Positions 58,876-64,000 of a stretch of DNA of 64,000 bases are shown here, in pieces. Below the pieces are notes generated by a model. It made no database searches. It saw nothing but the letters and a program-made list of their open reading frames with translations, and was not told the DNA's origin. The position numbers and the translations under genes were made by a program. Origin of the DNA: Eledone cirrhosa (taxonomy: Eukaryota); the NCBI GenBank assembly GCA_964016885.1, contig OZ024759.1, forward strand, positions 25,854,001-25,918,000, written 5' to 3'. The stretch's first letter is position 1. The number at the start of each line of letters is the position of its first letter.

Positions 58876-59329
58876 ATACACACACACACACAAACACACT
58901 GGTCACGTGATGGATTGTTTCATCAGTCTACAGTTTTCGATGATGTTGCTGCTTCTGCTGCTGCTGATGATGGTGATAAAACGATAAATTTGATGATGGT
59001 AATGATGATGATGATGATGATGATGTTGATGACGATAATGATGATTCTACTCTTGATGACTATGATGATGTAGATGGTGATGGTAGTGGTGGTGGTGGTG
59101 GTTATTTCTATCTGAATGTGATAGAAGTGATTAGTATGTTGGCAGGTCTATTAACTGGATGATTAGAATAAAGAGGAAGGAGAAGAAAGAGAAACAGAAA
59201 GACAAAGAAAAAAGAGGATGAAAAGGAAAGAGAGAAGAAGGAGGAGGAACTAGCAGAATGTTAAATATGATAGTAATAGACTTAGTTTCTAAATGGATAG
59301 TACATACACACTCATAAACACGCACTCTC

Positions 59330-59365
<36 letters not shown>

Positions 59366-59377
59366 TGTTAATAATAA

Positions 59378-59425
59378 TAATTGTTTCTACTTTAGGCACA
59401 AGGCCAGCAATTACCCAGTACATTA
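59378..59425 (-). mobile_element. Family-A SINE 3' tail fragment next to (TAA)n
   Basis: ttgtttctactttaggcacaaggccagcaattacccagta. Confidence 0.75.
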
Positions 59426-59444
59426 ATAATATATATCTGTATAT

Positions 59445-59482
<38 letters not shown>

Positions 59483-59483
59483 T

Positions 59484-59544
<61 letters not shown>

Positions 59545-60105
59545 ATATATATATATTTGTGTATATATACATATATATATATACAAACACGCACACGTGC
59601 GCACACACACACACACATATATATATATGAGTGTGTGTGTGTGTAAATGTGTCTTGAGAAAATAGAAGAGAAAGTCTCAATTCTTGGGTAGAAAAATGTA
59701 TCATTCACATTTTTTCTTGGAAGCTGAAACTGTATGACTCATAACACAGAGTTTCAGTTTTCCGATTGTGCAAACTTCTAAAGAACTATAACAGTTTGAC
59801 AATATAGTAGCAAACACATTCGAAAAGACATCGAAATATGATTAGTTAACATTACATCGATATTTGATCGGTGGCAAGATAAACAATTAAACAATTAAAA
59901 CATATTTCAGCTTGTGAAACTCTACATGGTTTGGAAGTGTGTGAACCATATATATGTATATAGTAATAACAATTACGAAGGCCCAAATCCAAAGAGAACT
60001 CGATAGGTTTGTATATATATGCATTTACATAAAAATCTCTCTATATATATATGTTTATATACGTGTATGCGTGTGTATATACCCCCCTCTCTCTCTTTGT
60101 ATCTA

Positions 60106-60178
<73 letters not shown>

Positions 60179-61029
60179 ATATATATACACATTCAGAAGT
60201 ATTTCTATGTCTATGTATATGTGTATATGAGTGTGCGGGTATGTAGCTATATAACTACACTCATATCGAGTTATGGATACACACATATACACACACACAC
60301 AGACAAAGACACAGATACACACACGCATACACACACTCACACACACACGCACACATGTATATATATATATGTTTGTGTATGTATGTATATATATATGTGT
60401 GTATGTGCGTGTGAAAGTGTATGTGCTAGTCTGTGTGTTTGAAAAAGCGTGTACGTACGTGTATAGTGTGTACATGTGATATATATGTATACGAATGCAA
60501 GATTGTATTGGTGTGTGCGTGACTGTGTATAGATCTATCGGTTAAACAAAAGAAACAAGCTAAGTGTCAGGTACTCTACCCGGATTAAGCCACATATTCA
60601 ATTCGGGTACATGTTTGTCTGATTATATTTTACTTGTATATTGGTTTATGTTAGTTCTTTGTATTTTTGTTGTTTTGTATCTCTTTTCCGGCGACCTTCC
60701 GATAATTTGTGAAAATGAACCATAACAAATACCAAATGGTTGATTTGACCTTCTTTAGGGGCCCGTTATTTGACCCTTCATCTATCCAATGGGTTTAGGG
60801 ATTAAGGGCTGAATCATATTCCACTCTGCATTCTTTTCAATTCATTTGTTACGACCAGAGAGACGGGAGAGCTTGTAAACAAAGGATTAGAGAGATGGGG
60901 GAAGGGAAGATATAGAGAGGTGGGCAGATTAGATAGACAGACAGACATACAGGCAGACAGATAGATAAATATATAGGTGGATATATAGATAGATATCAAA
61001 TATGATAATGTGTGTGTGTGTGTGTGTAA

Positions 61030-61152
<123 letters not shown>

Positions 61153-61241
61153 TATATGTATATACATATATGTATGTATATATATTTCGTTTCTGAATTT
61201 GTTTAGCAAGATTCTTTATCTGAAATCGTGTGTTGAAACCG

Positions 61242-61415
61242 ATATTGTTATACTTTGGGAGGGTCATGTTGCCAATAAGAAACACACGCACCAGTAGCTT
61301 TCACTTCAATTTATTATATATTTATAAATTTATAAATATATCATAAATTGAAGTGAAAGCAACTGGTGCGTGTGTTTCTTATTGGCAACATGACCCTCCC
61401 AAAGTATAACAATAT
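61242..61415. repeat. 174-bp spacerless palindrome (87-bp arms, two mismatches) in a (TA)n-flanked island
   Basis: Axis tttataaa|tttataaa between 61328 and 61329. Confidence 0.95.
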
Positions 61416-61669
61416 GTATATATATATATATATGTTCTTCTGGTTTTATAATTTCACAAATTTTTGCCAATAGAGAGAGTCGGTTTCTAATATAGTTACA
61501 AAACTCTCTCATTGGAATTTAAACAACATCAATTAGGTAGATATGTATGCATGTCTGCATGCATGTGTAGGTATGGATGTTATTGTATGTGTGGATGTGG
61601 ATGTTTTGAGTTGTATGTGTGCATGTGTATATGCTTAGTATCTGTACATGTGTATATGCAGTTATTAGA

Positions 61670-62820
61670 TGCAACATTTTTGGAATGTTTTACATATTTT
61701 TACTGTTCAATTAATGGATTGTACTTGTAATTTCCTAACTAGTTGTGTTCTTTCTGTTCCTGTGAAGCCCAGCCTCTCAAGATTTGTATGATGCAGTTAC
61801 TAACATATCCCAGTGCCCCAATAATCACAGGCCTAAATCTGAAGGTATAATCAGGGTGGAGTATCTGCAGATTTCTCATCAGTTCTGCATAAATATTCTC
61901 CTTTTCGTTAATCTTAGATATTACATTAGCATTTGCTGGATAGCTAACTTCCACTACTGTGCATGCCTTCTTATCCCTGTCCCATATCATAATATCTGGT
62001 CTGTTATGCCTGCATTTTATTGCGGGTTTTACTGGAACATTCCACCAGTACTCTTTCATATTATGTATATGTATGTCTTCCACATTGCTGTAGCTTTTAA
62101 TGTGTTTATTAACGGGGCTATCTTTACTACAGATTGCATTGTACAGTGTTTGGCCACTACATTATGCTTCATAGGTAGATAGTACCGCGATGACATCTTT
62201 GGACACCTGCTTATGACATAGGTAACATCTTCGATGTTAATTCTGAAGAGTCTGCACTTGTTATCACATCTAGGTGTTTTGCCTGCATCCCTATCTCTTT
62301 GGTGAATCAGGTATTTCGTGTTGATTTCCTGTTCTTGGACTGCAAAAGCGTATCCTTCAAAGTGGGAGCCAATATAGCGGTTGTTGGTTCAAGATAGATT
62401 ACTTTCTTTATTTATATTACTCTCACTCTGGAGCTTCCTGGCAACATATCCATGCATGATTTTTTGCTGATAAACATGCAGTTGTTCATCCATGGATTCA
62501 CTGCGATACTGCTGAGCAACTTCCCTCGGTGTGAGTTTTTGATTATCACACAGGGAATACCTCCCGAGGAGTTCCTTCCCAACTCTCATGATCTTATCTG
62601 TTTCATGCAGATAGACTTGCTTTGAGGTTTGTAGATGTTGTCGGAGGGATAGGATGCGACATTCAAATGGTATCTGGACTGATGTTAGGCCTCTGCCTCC
62701 CTGCTTACGTTTGAAGTAAAGGCGGTCTATGTCACTGTTTATGTGGAAGATTCCGGTGTTGTTTAGTCTTTTTCGAGTTCTAACATCAATCGCTCGGAGT
62801 TCGTCTATCGTCCAATTGAG
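61670..62820 (-). mobile_element. 5'-truncated R4/Dong-like non-LTR retrotransposon (RT thumb, zinc knuckle, restriction-like endonuclease)
   Basis: DRLYFKRKQGGRGL, EGYAFAVQEQEI, CRL...EDVTYVISRCP, HNRPDIMIWD...VVEVSYP...KENIY...PVIIGALG; several stops and frameshifts. Confidence 0.88.
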
Positions 62821-62857
62821 TATTATGTATGTATGTATACATGTATGTATATATGTG

Positions 62858-62932
<75 letters not shown>

Positions 62933-63421
62933 AAAACAATCTTTTTCCTCTCTACTATTTTTTATATAAATCAACTCGTGTGTTACTTTTCTACATTCCA
63001 ACTCGTGTGTTACTTTTCTATATATATATATGTTAACATACATGTAAATGTATATGTACACATACATATTTATATGCATACTACATCATATAGATATGTA
63101 TACATGTATGAATGTGCATGCTTAAATATATATATATATTTATATGTATATAGAGAGAGAAAGAGGGAGAGAAAAAGAGGGAGAGAGATAAGCAGAATAT
63201 TTAGTTAATAAGTCAATCAATTATTTACTACGTTAATAAATAATGAGCCAATATGGCGGCTGTTAATGATTGTTGTATTTAAACTGTAAATACGAACTAT
63301 ATAATAAAGACCAGCACCATCTTTGTATCTGCTATTGGTGTCACGAGTACACACATGTGTCTATGTATGTGCATACAGACACACACACACACACACATAT
63401 ATTTGTAGAGACAGGAAAAGA

Positions 63422-63497
<76 letters not shown>

Positions 63498-63704
63498 AAG
63501 AGAGAGATGTATATATATATATAGAGAGAGAAAGAGAGTGAGATGTATATATATATATATATGTCTGTGTGTGCAAGCATATACTTGTATATATACATAT
63601 AATATGCATATACATAATTATGTATGTTCATACATAGGCAAGTATGTATATATTAGTATGTATATAATTGTACAAAAATACATACACACGCATATGTACA
63701 TATG

Positions 63705-63747
<43 letters not shown>

Positions 63748-64000
63748 GTGTGTGTGTGTGTGTTTTACTAATATATCATTAGAATTTGAGGAAAAGTGGG
63801 TATGAAACATGGTAGAGGTGTGGTTATGAGATCAAACAGACGATATACACAATTTGATGTAGGATTAGTTGAGGAATTATGGTAGAATATGTGAGATTGT
63901 ACCATAACAACTGCGACAACAACAACCACAACAGTAGTAGTAGTAGTAGTAGTAGTAGTAACAGCAGCAGCAGTAATATTAACAACAGACATATTATTAA

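Overview
Eukaryotic, AT-rich, mostly non-coding DNA dominated by (TA)n/(CA)n/(ATCT)n/(GGT)n microsatellites. The repeat landscape and tRNA-derived SINE families suggest an octopus (coleoid cephalopod) genome; this is inference. Almost all ORFs in the supplied track are microsatellite artefacts, and no intact protein-coding gene is visible. One 46-nt candidate host exon lies at 3496-3541. Supported features are many tRNA-SINE copies (including a ~1.2 kb tandem array), an internally deleted mariner with ~66-bp TIRs, and LINE remnants of the Tx1/L1, RTE, R4/Dong-like, Ingi/Vingi-like and possibly CR1 types. The main signal is a set of short islands embedded in (TA)n tracts that carry type I hammerhead ribozyme folds from several unrelated sequence families (22.3-22.5, 22.9, 34.4, 35.1 and 55.9 kb; weaker at 21.3 kb). 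Several islands are near-perfect DNA palindromes of 78-266 bp. In one family (29.4 and 39.3 kb) the palindrome axis coincides with the presumed ribozyme stem II, and the CUGANGA half of the core is replaced by an inverted copy of the 3' half. Degenerate GIY-YIG and Penelope-like ORF remnants nearby point to Penelope-like retroelements. The working hypothesis is a TA-microsatellite-associated, hammerhead-bearing retroelement system whose cDNA snaps back at ribozyme hairpins and seeds long palindromes. All folds and alignments were done by eye and need computational and biochemical confirmation.
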